The notes below the pieces were generated by a model. That model saw only the letters and a list, made by a program, of their open reading frames with translations, had not been told where the DNA came from and did not search any database. Positions 40,697 through 55,057 of a stretch of 64,000 bases of DNA are shown one piece after another. The stretch is from Marsupella aquatica (Eukaryota; Plantae; Marchantiophyta), in assembly GCA_973895155.1 (NCBI GenBank), contig OZ316894.1:6534234-6598233 (forward strand), written 5' to 3'. Position 1 is the first letter of the stretch; the number at the start of each line of letters is the position of its first letter. The position numbers were made by a program, and so were the translations under genes.

Positions 40697-43600
40697 ATAT
40701 AGCTGATCAGGACCAAGAACTTTTCAAACACAACTCCATGGAAAATCTCAAATAGGACATGCTCCAATGAGTATGATGCTCACATATGTGGACCGTCAAT
40801 AGAAATCATGCAAGTGAGATGGACTATTCTTTGTAAGAGTTTAAGTAAATTGCAGTCCATTTGGGTTACAAAAATACACAGGAGCATTTTCGCAAACCTA
40901 TATGTCTAGCAGAGCTTCAGTTAGGTTGAATCATACAAACAAAAAATCAGTCAATGAAAATGAGACAGGGCAGGCACAAGTATTGAGCTAGTACAAAGGA
41001 GAAATTGAGTGTGTGGAAAAGTATTTTTTGGACACTTAGTCAGAACATGTGCCCACTCCCTATTTCAACAGAACACATTTTTCCGAGACTCAAATGATTT
41101 TTTCCAGAATGTCGCAGCTAATATTTAATTTATTCCCAATTTCCCAAAAATGCCGGTCTAATTTTCCCTGCTAATTTTCTTTAACTGTCACTCTATTGGA
41201 TTGAGCACCAACTTTTCTTTAAGTAGTTATCTATTTGTGTCATCATAATTACCACTACCATATAGAGACTGAAAGATTTATCTGGCATTTATCTAACTTA
41301 TGATGGGCGATCGAAAGCTGCAGTACTTCTTGAGCCTTTGGTCTAGTCAGAGTGAAACCTCTAGATTCTAATAAGTCTAAGTGCCAATTCTTTAGAGTGA
41401 AACCTCTAGTCTCTACTAAGTCTAAGTGATGGCATAACTAAAAGTGAAGGGCAAAGATGAACAAAAATAAGGGGAATTCTCTTTCATGCAAGGTTTTTTG
41501 TGGTCTCCTCTATTTACGTTCCGGGCAATCAAGCTACTGTAGTCCACTGAATACTCCTTACTGTGGCTGCGAGGCAAATGAGCTCCCAGGGAAGCAATAG
41601 CCACTTTGCCACCCCTTCTGTAGTAAGAAAATAATGCCTGGTCTAGGCGTCTGGGCCTCGTGGTTCCCATCTTAGTGGGTCCCTTCATCACCTTCGACCT
41701 TTGAGATGGGTCTAGGGCATTTGGTGTTTTGCCTCCTTTATTAGTGGGTCTCTTCACCTTTCGACCTTTGAGACCTCGTCCTCCTCTACACATTTCTATC
41801 AATGGAACTAATGAATGTCTCACAGTGGCCGTTACTGATTCAGCTGCGTCGTTCTAATGTACTTGTCAAGGTCCTGTGACAAATTATTGTTCATGTTGTA
41901 AGAAGGCTCACCTCACCTCAAGACGGATTTTATTGCTTGTTGAGTGAGGGGTTTCGCGAAATGTCAATCCGAACCCGTCGCACACTCATCATCCGATCCT
42001 ACCCGGGGAATTCTGATGACGAGGAGCATGAAGAGAGTCGACATTCTCCTGCGGGTCCGCAGGTGTGCGATTGTTTCATTCCGTTTCGATTGGTTTTCGA
42101 AAACGCGCTGAAATTGAGTTTTGGAAATTGAGTTTCTTGCGTTTGTGATTCCATTTTCAATTGTGAATTCGCAATGCACGGACCGAATTGGATCCGCTTC
42201 CGTGTTGCTTTCGGAGTCTGGTAAAGTCCGGCCAATTTTGAGCATCGCATGTGCCCTGTGTAGTTGTAAGCTTGCCCTGACCTCGAATTCAACTCCATTT
42301 ACCGGCAGAATATCAATGAGATAGGTTTCTCTCAGAGACCTCAAATTGCACCAATGTTATGCGTCATTTATAGTCGATAGTTGTTGACAACGCTAAGGAT
42401 CGTCATTGAACAGACTCGGAGTTACGAAACAGAGGAAGAAAAGTGTTCTGAGCACGTTGAAAAGTCTAGAGTCTAGCCTTAATGGACGATTGGAGACGAG
42501 ATGAGCGCGACAATTGCTTCGACATCGAAAGGTAAAAATAAACTGAATTCTTAATTCATTGAAAATGGATACATCCCTATCCTTCCCTGAGGTACTCCAT
42601 ATCATTCTAATATGAGCGACTGCAAATACTACTCTTGTGTCGTTGTCTGGATGAGAATGAGAAGCGTCTTTCGACGAAAAGGAGTTAATTTTCATGCCGG
42701 AGGCAAATTCATTGAAGACGAGGTCAGTCGGCCTAGAGGTGATCGTACAATCGCATTTACTAGGCGAAATCGTCGAAGATTAAGATTTGTTGCTTTCCAT
42801 CTCATTGCGATAAGTCGCGGCAAGTTTTGAAACTGCACCACGATCCAGGTCCTGTCCCCGAAGAGATCCCAGCAGTGACATTCGATCGAGGAGCGATAGT
42901 CCATCTGTAGTTAAGTAAGTGGGACAGCCGGAATGCCAGAAGCTCCTTGCAAGCCGCGATGCAACCCAAAGCGCCAGCCCGGCTTACGTCCCCTAATTAA
43001 TTCATGAAAGGGTTGCGAGAAGGACTCGATGCCGTCGGTGAATTGACCCGGAATATCTATTCCCATGGAGACCGGCCAATCTGAAGAGGGGGTTAATCAC
43101 TCTGGTTCCTAACATTTATCCTCTAAAGATCTGCAGAAGCGTTATCGCAAGATATCGTTATAATGTTCAATTTCGATCCGTTTTCATTGCAACTCCATGG
43201 TGCCCGTACTTTCCCCCTCCAACTCGCTCAATCGATAGCTAAAGGCAATGGCAGAATTGGTCCGCTCTAGAGGACTTCGCGCACTGACACGAATCCTGTT
43301 CAGCGTCCAGAGTAGGGGAAGAAAAATGTTCCTCTCGAGGGATTTCCACAACAGAGGCATTCTCTGAGCTGGTTTATCCTGCCAACTGACCTCTGTCATT
43401 AGAAATCTTGCTGATATCAGTCGGCGTGATTCGATTTCGTTTCGGATAGCAGAAGGAGAGATAAATGCAAGCACGCGAATTTCTGTCCGCATGATGTTCC
43501 TGCCAACAGAGTACAATCGTGGAAAGTGGGGCAGAGTCGATCTTCACTATCTACTCTAGTATGATGTAGAGTAGAGCCTCTTTTCAGTTTTCACCGGTAG

Positions 43601-44241
43601 TCGTAGGTAGCCTATGTGTCAAGCAACCTACTACTGTGGGTCGTCAATGTGGTGAAAGACAGGGTCGTCACCGGATACCGGAGTACCCAGATCCCTAACT
43701 TCGGAGTACTGGACAGTGAACTGGAACGAGGGCATTTTGACTCGAGAGCGTTCTGTCCTGCACTCTCATGGAGTCTCGATCATGATCCACATTGGAATTT
43801 CATGTCTGGAGTGAGCCCTTCGTTAAGTTGTGGAGGTTATCTGTGCAGGGTTTGAAGCTGAAACCTCGGTCTGTCGCTGACTGGTCTTGGATTGTCTCCT
43901 CAATGATCCTCGACCTGTGAATAGCCGCTTTCCTTCACCTGCCTGATGTGTGATGCACCAGTGAGTAGCCATTCAATATGGGTTTGCCGACTGTCGCGGT
44001 GTTAGAAGAAGAGGTTGGGGCCAGGGATGGCTCGAATTCTGCTGCAGCGATTAGTGGTCACACAAACGGTGATGGCTCTCTCTCTCGATAGTCGTAGCTT
44101 TCGTGAGAGCGAGGAGGATGAAAGTTCACCCTGCTTTACTACTTCTTGCGCTTTTAGGAAACCAAGCATTGTCGATGGTCTGATTGGGAGAGCAGTGTGA
44201 CCAATGCCAAGACCTCTGACCGTTGTCTTCAATTTTCGCAG

Positions 44242-45612
44242 ATCCTGCCGATCTAGGAGATATTGATGCGGTAAGTGACTTTCTTAACACATTGTCGCTG
44301 TGTTTATATTGGTCTACACGGAACAAGAGTCTCGTAGATGAGAGTTTTATATGGTTACGTTTTTGTATGTCGGGAGAAATGGTTGAAATTGCTTCCCCTT
44401 AGTGACATGGGGTCAGGCCTGTCCCGTGACCTCTCTGTTAATTTGAAAGCAAGGCAAATCCCGAAAGGTCCGAAATGTTACTTTCGAAGTTAGAAAACGG
44501 TACTCTTACAGGAATCAATACTCCCTGCTAATCGGCAGACTTGGGTAATGCAAGTAAGGATGGTTTGTGCAGATCTTGGAAGAGAGAGCGAAGAAAGCTC
44601 TAGAGTGTCCATGCTTGGATGACCTCCGGGGTGGCCCGTGCGGAGGAGAGTTTAGTACAGCATTTCTTTGTTTCGTCAAAAGCCAACAACCCGAGAAGGT
44701 ATGGTGTGGAAGCCTTGCTGTCTTTTGATTTATTAATTCTAGAATACACAGGACCGCTCATCGCAAACGCTGACCAACAATTTTATGCTAGAAATTTCCC
44801 GACCTTTTTGACAGGAACTATCCTGATAGAGGCACTTATGAAATGTCATATTTCCTCATGAATACACAAATATCTTTCGACCAAGATATTGCGATCAGCC
44901 TTACTATAGATATTTAGATTGTGGAAGTGCATTCTACGTGTAATACATGGATGGATAGAATGGGTGACTCGGGAAGTTTTGGTGTGTAGGACATGTGATT
45001 GTTAGTTTTTGAAAGGGCACTGTTGGAAGAAATAGGAGGTTTGAATTTCTTCGCAAGTTGATATGTGTTGCTCGTCCTTTTGTCGCCACAATTCATGCAC
45101 TTTTTCTCGTTTTTGTCCGAAGACCATTGCCAATCGACAATGTTGATGACAGAAGGTGAGAAAGTCTCTATGAGCTGGTTCCTGTCCGCATCACCTAACT
45201 TCCAGTAAGCTCAATTGCGCTTTCACGCTGTGTTTGGAAAGCTCCGAGTTGCTTTGGAAAGCAAGCTATAAAATATTTACATGCAGTTTTGTCCATATGG
45301 TGGCAGGGATCTGATTGCGTTGCGCCATTTGAGAAAATGCAACACTGCATGAATAACAATGCCGACAAGTTTTTAAGTGCGAAAGATTCTGACACACATA
45401 CGCCCATGGCTAGACAGGGGTACAAACCGCCTTCCGAAGAGGATGAGAGTGAGGCTGAGGATGAAGACGACGATGTAGGCAACGATGACGAAGAAGTAGA
45501 CGATGATAGTAGTAATGGAGTGGTTCCTGCTCCTCCACAATTTCCAAGTAGTTCCGTCAGACTTCCTCCTTGGTATCAAAAGAAAGTCTCCGACAACAAT
45601 GAATCCAGGTAA
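44242..45612 (+). CDS. MIA40: Mitochondrial IMS import oxidoreductase MIA40/CHCHD4; exons 44242-44270, 44573-44698, 45307-45612; start exon(s) unresolved (probably 41.9-43.1 kb)
   Basis: The spliced translation ILEERAKKALECPCLDDLRGGPCGGEFSTAFLCFVKSQQPEK/GSDCVAPFEKMQHCMNNNADKF contains the CPC motif plus twin CX9C. Junctions are GT-AG in phase 0, followed by an acidic tail. Confidence 0.92.
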
Positions 45613-48600
45613 ATTTTGAGAAATATGCTAGTCCAGAACTACCTAATCTGAAGTCCACTTAAATACCAACAGAGGATGTAGGATAGTGGCGAATCATACA
45701 CATCGAGTCCTACAATCGTTGAAGTGCTTTGGTAGGGTCAAGACGTCGTTATTTGGGGCAGTGCAAACCTATCGCCACCGAGACATCAAATGTAGTAATT
45801 CTCTAACGTCAAATGCTTTATGAGTCTGACATTGAGGGAACCAGGCATAGGTGGATCTTGTCATGCTGGGAAGTTTCTTACGTCAATACATCCCCAAGGT
45901 TTCAGAGGAACTCCAATTGGAACAAGGTGCTGCTGGAGTCCTCCTGAACTGTTGAACTACACGTAACGCAACGGATTTCTCCTTTTCCAAGATCTATGCT
46001 CATGGAAACATTACTGGAAAAGGTTTCACAGTTACCATCTGCGAGATCGTCTGTTTTAAATAAATCAATTTTGCTACAGCAGTCAAAGTAGAGTACATAC
46101 TTGAGGAGCTTCTAGGTTTCTTTTGGTTTTTTTGTTTTGTCCCACCTGTTTGTCTTTAGATATTTGCCTTTATTTTCCCGTTTGTCGATTTCTCGGTTCT
46201 TTCTGAGAAATCAGGATGGCCAAGCACGCCAATAGAAGACATTGTAATCCACATAGAGCCACAACACTACGAAGTGCAGTCCGGAATCAGCCAGAACTGA
46301 TGAAACTGTTATTTTGTTCCCATTACGATTCTCAGTCTTGGTAGGATGTAAGCAATTGCCCTTCAACTTGAGGATATGTTAACGCTCGGGTGAGCAATCA
46401 ATGTCCTTGTTGAAGGGAAGAAGGTCAATTCAAATTTGTCTCGAACTCAGGAAATTTGGTCGCGAAATTTCCAGTCATTACCTGGGTTTCAGTAGATTGT
46501 ATCTGAGATCTAGTGTCGAAATGTAGACCATCCGATCTCCTATTATGGAGACATTGAGGTAGAAACCACATGTGGTACATCTGAAAGAGCCTAACCTGCC
46601 TCAATAGATGGAATGGATTCAATTTTCAGTCGGAAGCTGTCTTCCTCAATTGAATTCCTTTCCTTCTATTCTCGTTTCTAGCTTGAACGTTTTTTATTCT
46701 TTAGATCTCCAGCTTGCCCCCTTCACCACTTGTTTCCAGAGTATTCCACAGCATTAGTTTAGTACCTGTAACTGGTGCACTCAGAAGACGGTTTCACATC
46801 AGAGGGACTACTTTTGAGCATGAAATCTTACACCAAGCAAACGAGTCGAGTTTTTCACTCTGCTCGACGAGAACTCAGTTGGAGGTGAAATCTATGCACT
46901 TGAGTTCGAGTAAGTTTTCTTCATAGACATGCAGACTATGCCGTCTTCTCTCTCATAGTCATAATTTATGAAGTTCTTCACATTTATGGTGCAAACAAGA
47001 TACCCTGGAAATGGTGGCCCCTTTGTGAAGAGGGTAATATGGTTCATTGGCTACTGCAATAAAACCTGTGGCTTGGGATATATAGCCTATGCACATCTTC
47101 AAGATGCAAACTAAAGACCTTTTACATAAGGAAATTCATCTTTGCCACTCTGTCGGCACAATAGAATCTGTAATATTGTTTAGAATGAATTATCATCATT
47201 CTCGTATGGGGGTCTTCTACGAGGTTAAAATCTCTTTCAAAGATGTTTGGAAAAGGTTGTCTTGTATGTGGGAAAGGAAAATGCAGGAGATATTTTTTGT
47301 TCCTAGCATTTGTAGGAACATAGAATAACATACATTCAAGTAACAAATTCTAATAACCAAGTTGTCTACTCAGAAGACATACACACTCGTCTTTGGACTC
47401 CAATTGCCTTTCAACACATGAAGAGTCCCATAACTCATTTAATGAATTTGTCGTAAATCCTATTAATAAATTAGAGTCTGTAAGTGTTAACTTGAAATTC
47501 CACCTGTATTCATCCCGTATGGAAATAAGATTTGTTTGTTTTACCTGTCTTAAGTGTTGAATCCATTGATGTTAAAGAAACATTCGGAGCACATCAGGGC
47601 ATGATAGCTGGTGTACTCTATCCAGGCATATTTGTTTCTGCATGACAACCTACATGTCTCTCTTGGCTAAGCTGAAATCTTCCTTTAAAGGCTAAGCTGA
47701 AATCTTAATTTTAATCTTGATTACAAAGAGTAGTAGGCACTCAACACCAGAAGATTTGATTACTATCTCTCGGGTTGCAGTGATGAAGATAAGACGTCTC
47801 GAATGAAGAATGCAAGGTCAGCAGGGAGAGCTAAAGAGGAAAGATCTGGCAAGGTTCTGCATCGCAGCAAACAGAGGTAATTACACTGTAACCAAGTTGC
47901 CAAACATTTTAACTTAGTTTGAGAAACCATCTCTGAGTCTAAAGATGCTGAGCCACCACTAAAAGCTTTACACTTTCACGGATGAGGGCCTCATCCTATG
48001 CTTGATCCTGGGAAAGCCTGATACCCCAAACACTAGGTGAAAGTAGCCTAGCTTAGACAATTTTTTCAAACAGTTTGACAACTAAATAATGAGCGAGACG
48101 ATGAGAATCAAGTACTGATTCTAAGTCTAATCTTGAGAGCTCTAGAGAAAGTTCTGGAGCCCCTGCTCTAGAGATGATAGATGTTAACACAGAGATAATA
48201 CAATGACAGAATATGGCCCACCAATTAAAATTTGAGTAAATATTTAGAATGATGTACTTGCCACCATCATTTTTCATGAAAGCTATCATTCTTTATAAAA
48301 TTTTACATGTACCTAACGTCAATCAATATATCACTCATTCAAGTTATGCCACCTGGTTAGCCACAAGGCAGAAGAGGAGATGGGCACTTTTCATCACTTG
48401 GTTGAGTGGCTCGGCCGGTTAAAATATTAAATGAAATAGGGATAATCGAGGGGATAACCACTTCCCTCAGCGTATTACATGTACAGTAAACATATAAATA
48501 ATATTCTTTCATCATTAGCATAACTTAGTAGGAACTCTCATATAGATCCGCCTCTATTCCTGTAGACAACAATATTTCTTGGATTAAATACAGTATCAAA

Positions 48601-51600
48601 ACATGAAATGTTAAGATAGAATAGACATCCAGTTTTTCTTTGCTATAGCCTGACAAAATAAGTAATCATGTTCCTGCAGGATGACCATCTGTAATGAGGT
48701 TGAAACTAGGTCTTCTAAGGGTTGTTCTAAGCCTAGACAACAAAATCCAAACTCTTAAATAGTCTTATAAAACAAAATGTACTATAGATGATGAGCTGAA
48801 CACCTATTATAATCTGCCTGGGTGCTAGTTCCTGAATTTAAGTCAGTCTTTTATGATGTGATTATAACTCAACTGAATATCAAATTGTAATATGGGAAAA
48901 GTGCATAAATTCATAACAAATGAATCAAATTAACATTTTTGAAAAAAATTCAACTATGGAGGCAAACTGGGTGGTATGCGCGTACAATCAGGAGTTAAAT
49001 TTGCTGAAGGACACTTCAGCAAGTTCCTCTAGTTTGTTCATGCATCACATTGAGAAGAGCAGGTGGTCCCTTCCATGATTGTTGTAAACAGCGTACATAC
49101 TAAAGCTGCTCATCAGAATAATTTAGTTGAAACTTTGGGACAGTAAAGTGAAAGATCACAATTGAAAGGAGTGTCCTAAATCTCTGAATTATATAATTCA
49201 AATATTGTATGAAAACATAAGAGTGAGTATGAAGAAGAGGAGTGGGTCACTTTGACCATGTGTATCCGTTTTCACAATGCAGAGTGCCTGACATTTGAGC
49301 TCTGAAATTCTCAATTGCATCTTCGAAAACTGCCATTTGATGGCAAAGTGCAGAGAGGAAGTTTTAGTACCTGGCCTCCTTGGCTGGGCGCACCCGGCCA
49401 TCCATCATGTCATTCAAGTTCAGTGCATTGTTTTATTGTCATTTAACAAATTTTTGCCACATCACCCAAGAATTAGGCCAGCGACTAGTACAAATTAAAG
49501 AACTAAAATAAAGTCGATCAGTGAAGTTTTCAGCCAAATTCAAATTGACGTGTTGTTGCTTTAAAACACTGGTAGCAATTCTCCTTAAAGCACCACTATC
49601 TATGACTAAACCTGGATTCATCAAGTTTCACCATTTTTAGTACATTTGTCTTGAAATTGTGGAGCTAACTCACCCTAGAGGAGAGGAGACAAACAAAGGC
49701 CCTTCACCAAGTTGAATTCTCTATTTCATAAAAAGTGGATTGTTTTGGGGAGTTTGAGTGACCCATACTATTAAAAAGTGGCTTTGTTATCAAAGATCAC
49801 TCTGGAGGAGAGAAAATACTACTGTATCTTTCAAGAGCATGAATTAATATATGGGCGCGTATCCAGACCTCCTCTTGTGTACATCTCCGTGTGCTACCAT
49901 TGAGCTAGGGATCCAATATAGGTGCCTGCACCTGGCCTTCACAGGTTCTAGTGCATGTACCTGGCTTTGTACTGAGGACCTCTTGTCTACATCCTCTCAT
50001 GAACACTTTAATTCACTCCAAGAGAAATTCCTTATCTTTCTGGCTCTCTATCATGTAATTGGAACAGCTCTAGCTGTATCATGTTGGAACTTTTAATAAT
50101 ATGGATTGGTTAGGAAATAAGCCCTACTTAGTATAAAGGATCTTCCTAAGTTGTAAATTATGGTAACTCCACCATTGAGCTACAAGCCTTAATTGTATGT
50201 CTACATCTTCATGGGTTAGAGTCCTGGTTAGAGTGTGGTTCATTTACTTAGGCACCCTACGCTCAGTTGCACCCAATTTATATGTCTACAGGCAAAGAGT
50301 TGGTGAGGCTCCCCACAACCAGTAGCTCAACTGGTAGTGATAACCCGAGTGATATTATGAGTAAGGTGAGGCCTCCCACAACCAGTAGTGATAACTCTTG
50401 TATAATAGGCAGGGCTGTACATTTTTATAAGGACTAAAAAGTTGGCTAAGTTACCAAAAAAACTAAATTTCCAAAAAATTAGGTTGGGTTTCCCACTTTT
50501 AAAAACTTTTTAAGTACAAAAGGTTTGTTTTTCTTCCTTTTTTCCACATAAAATTAAAAAAATTCCTAATCAAGTTGGAATTTTGATTAAAAGATTATTT
50601 TGAAATTTTGAATTTTAATAAAAATTCTATAAAGCTGGCTAGTTTGGTTTTAATCAAGCTTTATTTGGGGCTTTATTACATCAAAACATGTTCATTTTTT
50701 TTCCTAAACTCACACTTTTGGATTCATTCCCGATTCCTTGAGTTGAGGGGTACAAGAGTTTAGTAGACTATGAGACCTAACATAGACAATTGGATATAAG
50801 ACCCCCGGGGTCCTCACTTATTTCCTCTCTACCCATCACGCGAAACTAAGTATAGGGTTTGTTTATTGGGTTGAGAAGAATACTTTTAAATTTCTATAGA
50901 AGAACATTAAGGTTTTTTAAATCCAATTTTGAGAATTATAAGAGAAGATAGGGTTTCAAAAATGATTTTTGGGAACATTTTTAGAATATTCCAAAAAGAT
51001 AGGGGTAGAAAAATAGTTCAATTTTTTTTCTTCTTATTTTTTAGGGTGTTTAATAGCTAAAAACATGGAGCGTGTTATGAGACCCCCTTTATAGTGAGGC
51101 CCCCAAGATAAGACCATTCTAAGGAATTAAAAACTTGCATTATTTCTTAAAAAAGGAGTTGCATATATACCTGGGCTAGTGATAATTAATATGCCCTTCA
51201 TAGCAAATGGAATGAAGTAATAACTAAGAATATATATAGTTAGTGGGGATGAGGCTCCCCACAATGTACCACCCGGACAACCACTAGTGATAATATGCCC
51301 TACATAGCAAATTGAATGAATGAATTATCTGTGTAGCCCCTTATTTCTTTGCATAATGAGGTGTTTTAATTAATGAGCTTAGTTGGAGTTAGTGTTTCCA
51401 ATCATTATCAGCAGCATTGTTGTCATCATTCTCACCAGGGACAGCTGTTCATTGTGAAACCCATTTGCTTTTGCATGAAAATCTGTTCTCAGATTCCTCT
51501 CCCTCCTTGAAAAAATTCAGGAAATCTGACTCTTTCTGCCATTTTCATACCTTTGACAGATTACACTCCCTAGTACCCGTATTGCTAGGAAAATAGATTG

Positions 51601-53279
51601 CTTGGAGGGAAGAGAGTCATTCAAGTGCGCATGATTGATTTTGATTGCGCATTTGCAAAAATATAACTAAAGTGATAAAGTATTTTGTAGGCACATACCC
51701 CGTTTCTTCCTTGTGCTGAAGCTAGACCTGCATAAAACATTCATTTGGAGAAGCGGTTTCTTTTGCGAAAAATGCCTGCCCAGCGCAAAATGTTGGAAGC
51801 AATACAAAAAAATTCATTGTGTGCATGAATGAGTTGGCATGCACATGTACATTCAAGCACAAGGAATCAATCACCTTGACCTCCTCGAGGTTTCCATAAG
51901 GTCTAGGACGTTTTGTCAAGCTAGATCAATAAAAATTGTTCCACGAGGAGAAATCTGAGTGTATTAGTCTTTCAACTTTGCAAGTCTCCAGTGGAGATCA
52001 AAGGCCACGTGCAACATTGAAAATTTCTCATTGAAATTTCTGAATTTTGGTGGCGTTGAATCTCATCATTGCTGATTATTTGCTTCAGACATGCTAAAAG
52101 CAGTAGAAAATTGCCAAGTATAAGATTAGCCAAACCTCTAAGTTAATTACACAATCAGGGTAGAGTAACCTTGGGTTAAGTATTATAGGTCTGCTAGTAT
52201 TTAAACTCTGTGAAATTGAGGAAAATCTCATTTACAGAGACTAAGTTTTGGACAGGAGGAATAGGAAGAACTCTGTACCAATAGATCAGTCATGGATCAT
52301 AAGCTTGATAGGAGTACGTCACAATTGCAGCGATTTGGGGCATGCATGGAAGTAACTTGGTCAATGAAGGCTACAATGTTCTGCTGGACAATGGGGAGTT
52401 GTGTGCTTTAGGGCCAAGCGCCCAAAAAGCTAGACTGAGCAAAGAAGAATAGAGTGTAGGAACACAAAAGCGGAGTTGTGTGAATCATTTTGTCAACCAG
52501 TCAATTCAGGACGTCGGGAGGATGGTATATGTACAATTTCTTTGTGCAAGTAAATGATGATGTTTACCAAGCACTACTACATATTACACTCATTTTCTAT
52601 GCTACATTTTTGAAAACAAATTGGCATCCCATTCTCTAAGAATTGGACAATCCCAGGCATACTCACAAATGGCAACATGCCATACTATCAGAGCCTTTGG
52701 ACATCTTGATTTCCAATTGAAAGAACTGTGGAATTTTTTCCGATGCACAAAACTTACAACAAATCTGATCCGTTAAAAACTACATTGGACCCCTCCAACA
52801 AAAAACATATTCACACATCTGATTGTTATTGTAACAAAAATGGTGTGCATACGTATGTAATCGGAAATGTTCTGTTTCTGATGACAACGGACATTTGATC
52901 CGAAGATAGTTCATGGATTTGAGCTTTAGATACGTTGTTCAATCTATCAAAATGAGAAAAGGTTTTTGATTATGACATAATCACAAATATTGTTTCCAAA
53001 ACTATTATTATTGGATGCTGATCTGGATAGTTACTTTGAATTGTCATATGGGATTAAGTTCCCATGCTCTGGACATACAAAATTGTATGGGAAAGATGTC
53101 TATAGTCACTCTCTTTATTACTAGTAAGGGATGAGTAACAACAACATAATATGATATAATGAATGAGCCTAGAGGCATAAAACATCAAAGGTCATAGGTC
53201 AAGGTTGGGGCCAAAGTGTATGCGTCAACCATGTGTCAATTGGGTCTGGAACATGACCAAGGTAGGTAGGGCATCACAA

Positions 53280-54810
53280 TAGATCAATCTGGATCATCAG
53301 CATATATATGGCAAGTTTAGAAACATTGCTCAAGATGATGTGGGAATGCAATGGGTCCAAGGTTCTCAAATTTGAGCTCACAACACTAGCTGTTTTCAAC
53401 CACGTAATATCACATGGATCCTCCTCACAAGCCCTGTTATGCCCAACAAGGCTCGGCTTGAACCATTTGCACTTTAACACCACTTCCTCCAAAGTAACTT
53501 GAACATGATCTCTTTGATGGTAAGGATCTCAGTGTCAGGTGTGTTGCTTTGTGAATCTTGGGTAAACCAACCCATAATCCCACAATTTTGTGTTGCTGCC
53601 CTCTTATTGTCAAGGCGTTCTACTCGGAAATGCCTTCCCTTTGACCACATTGCTGTCCAAGTAGAGACCACAAGTAAAGGTCCACGAACCATGGTACATA
53701 CAAAGATGATCTGTCACCATAATTCAACACTGTGCTAAATTCATTGGTTGTTCTTCTCTCAACACGGTGTCAATTATATGCTCCAATTTGGACCTCATGT
53801 AGGGAAGAATATTTGGGATAATACGTGGTCTCCAGTTTTGTCGCTTCTCCTCCTCATAAAAGTTAATCCATCCCTAGACTACATCATTTAATTGACGAGT
53901 TGTACAACATAAATGTTGTGAGTTTTTATGCTCAGCAGAGCCTAAAACTTGTTCTCCCAGTGCACCTGTCAACCTAGCTATCATCCTCATAATCGGCTTC
54001 CAATCCCTTGCTACCTCATCTATCCACCCTTGGTGCATTTGGGTCAAGTGTGGCAAGTATGTTTGTACAATAGAACATACTTTTGATTCCAAGATGACAC
54101 TCCGCAATGCTACCACCCTGGCCGGGACCCTGGCATGACTTGTAACATAGGATTTTATGACTCCCATGTAACGCTCTTGGACCCATTACATCCAACGGCA
54201 ATGTACTGGGCCTGCAAGTGCCACCTCACACACTAAGTGGATGAGACAATGAACCCGAGTGGCCATAAAAAATGAAGGAGGAAGCACCCTTTCTAATTAA
54301 CTTACACACCACCTCCACCCCAAATATTTCCATAGCAGGGATTTTGTCTCTCCTTAGCTCCTTATAACAGACCCATCTCAAAAGCCGACCCAATGACCAA
54401 ATGGCATTGATCATGCAAATGAATCATCACTACCCAACCCAATAATAGCCACTGGAATTGAATGATACGCTGCAACAAACAATGGAAGTCATGAGTTTTC
54501 AAATATGATGGCCATAGTGGAGAGTCTGCTCCCCCAAATGCCTCACTTGCAAAGATTTTCTCCATAGCCAGTGGGAAATCTTATTGATCCTATGTGTCTA
54601 CAAAACTCTGTTCATTCCTCTCTAGCTTGTCAACACCCAAGGAGGATGGACAGTTTGAGTATCACCTTGGGGGTCCAATGATTGCCAAAACCCCAAAATT
54701 AAAGGCCATGCATGTCCATTTCCTCACAACTTTCTCTCTAGTTATTATCCTTCTCACCATATGTATAGATGTCGGATCAAAGATTGACCAACATTCCCCT
54801 GAATGTGCAT
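53280..54810 (-). mobile_element. Decayed CACTA/En-Spm transposase (DUF4218/DUF4216-type region)
   Basis: Ordered fragments LKTHDFHCLLQRI, GPVHCRWM*, KSYVTSHARV, ATQNCGI and VVLKCKWF match the CACTA motifs LKSHDxH, GPVxxRWM, YVxNxAxPE, TQNSGV and VLFKCxW. There are several stops and frameshifts. Confidence 0.8.
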
Positions 54811-55057
54811 AGGGTCAAACAAATGTTTCAGTAATCTCTGAGTTATCAGTCATCTTCATTAGTCAGCCTGATATCAGTTGTGGTTCAAGATTGTTTTTCT
54901 TCAAAATCTTAGCCTAAGGGAGAATTGTTTTCACTATGGGGTTGTGATGCCTAGACAGGAATCACTCGGCCAGTTAAGTGGGTAAAGCAGGAAGGCACCC
55001 TAGGAACACCTTAGTATAGGGACAAATCAAGGAAAATATAAACCATTAGGGGCAACC

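Noticed and set aside
41961-43040. Candidate first coding exons of MIA40 (donors after 42062, 42722 and about 43037)
   Set aside because: Only the last has the required phase 1 and none shows homology I can recognise, so the start was left unassigned.
47000-52500. Short ORFs, isolated splice-like signals and GAGGCTCCCCACAA repeats
   Set aside because: No consistent exon chain or protein similarity was found. It is likely intergenic DNA and TE debris.
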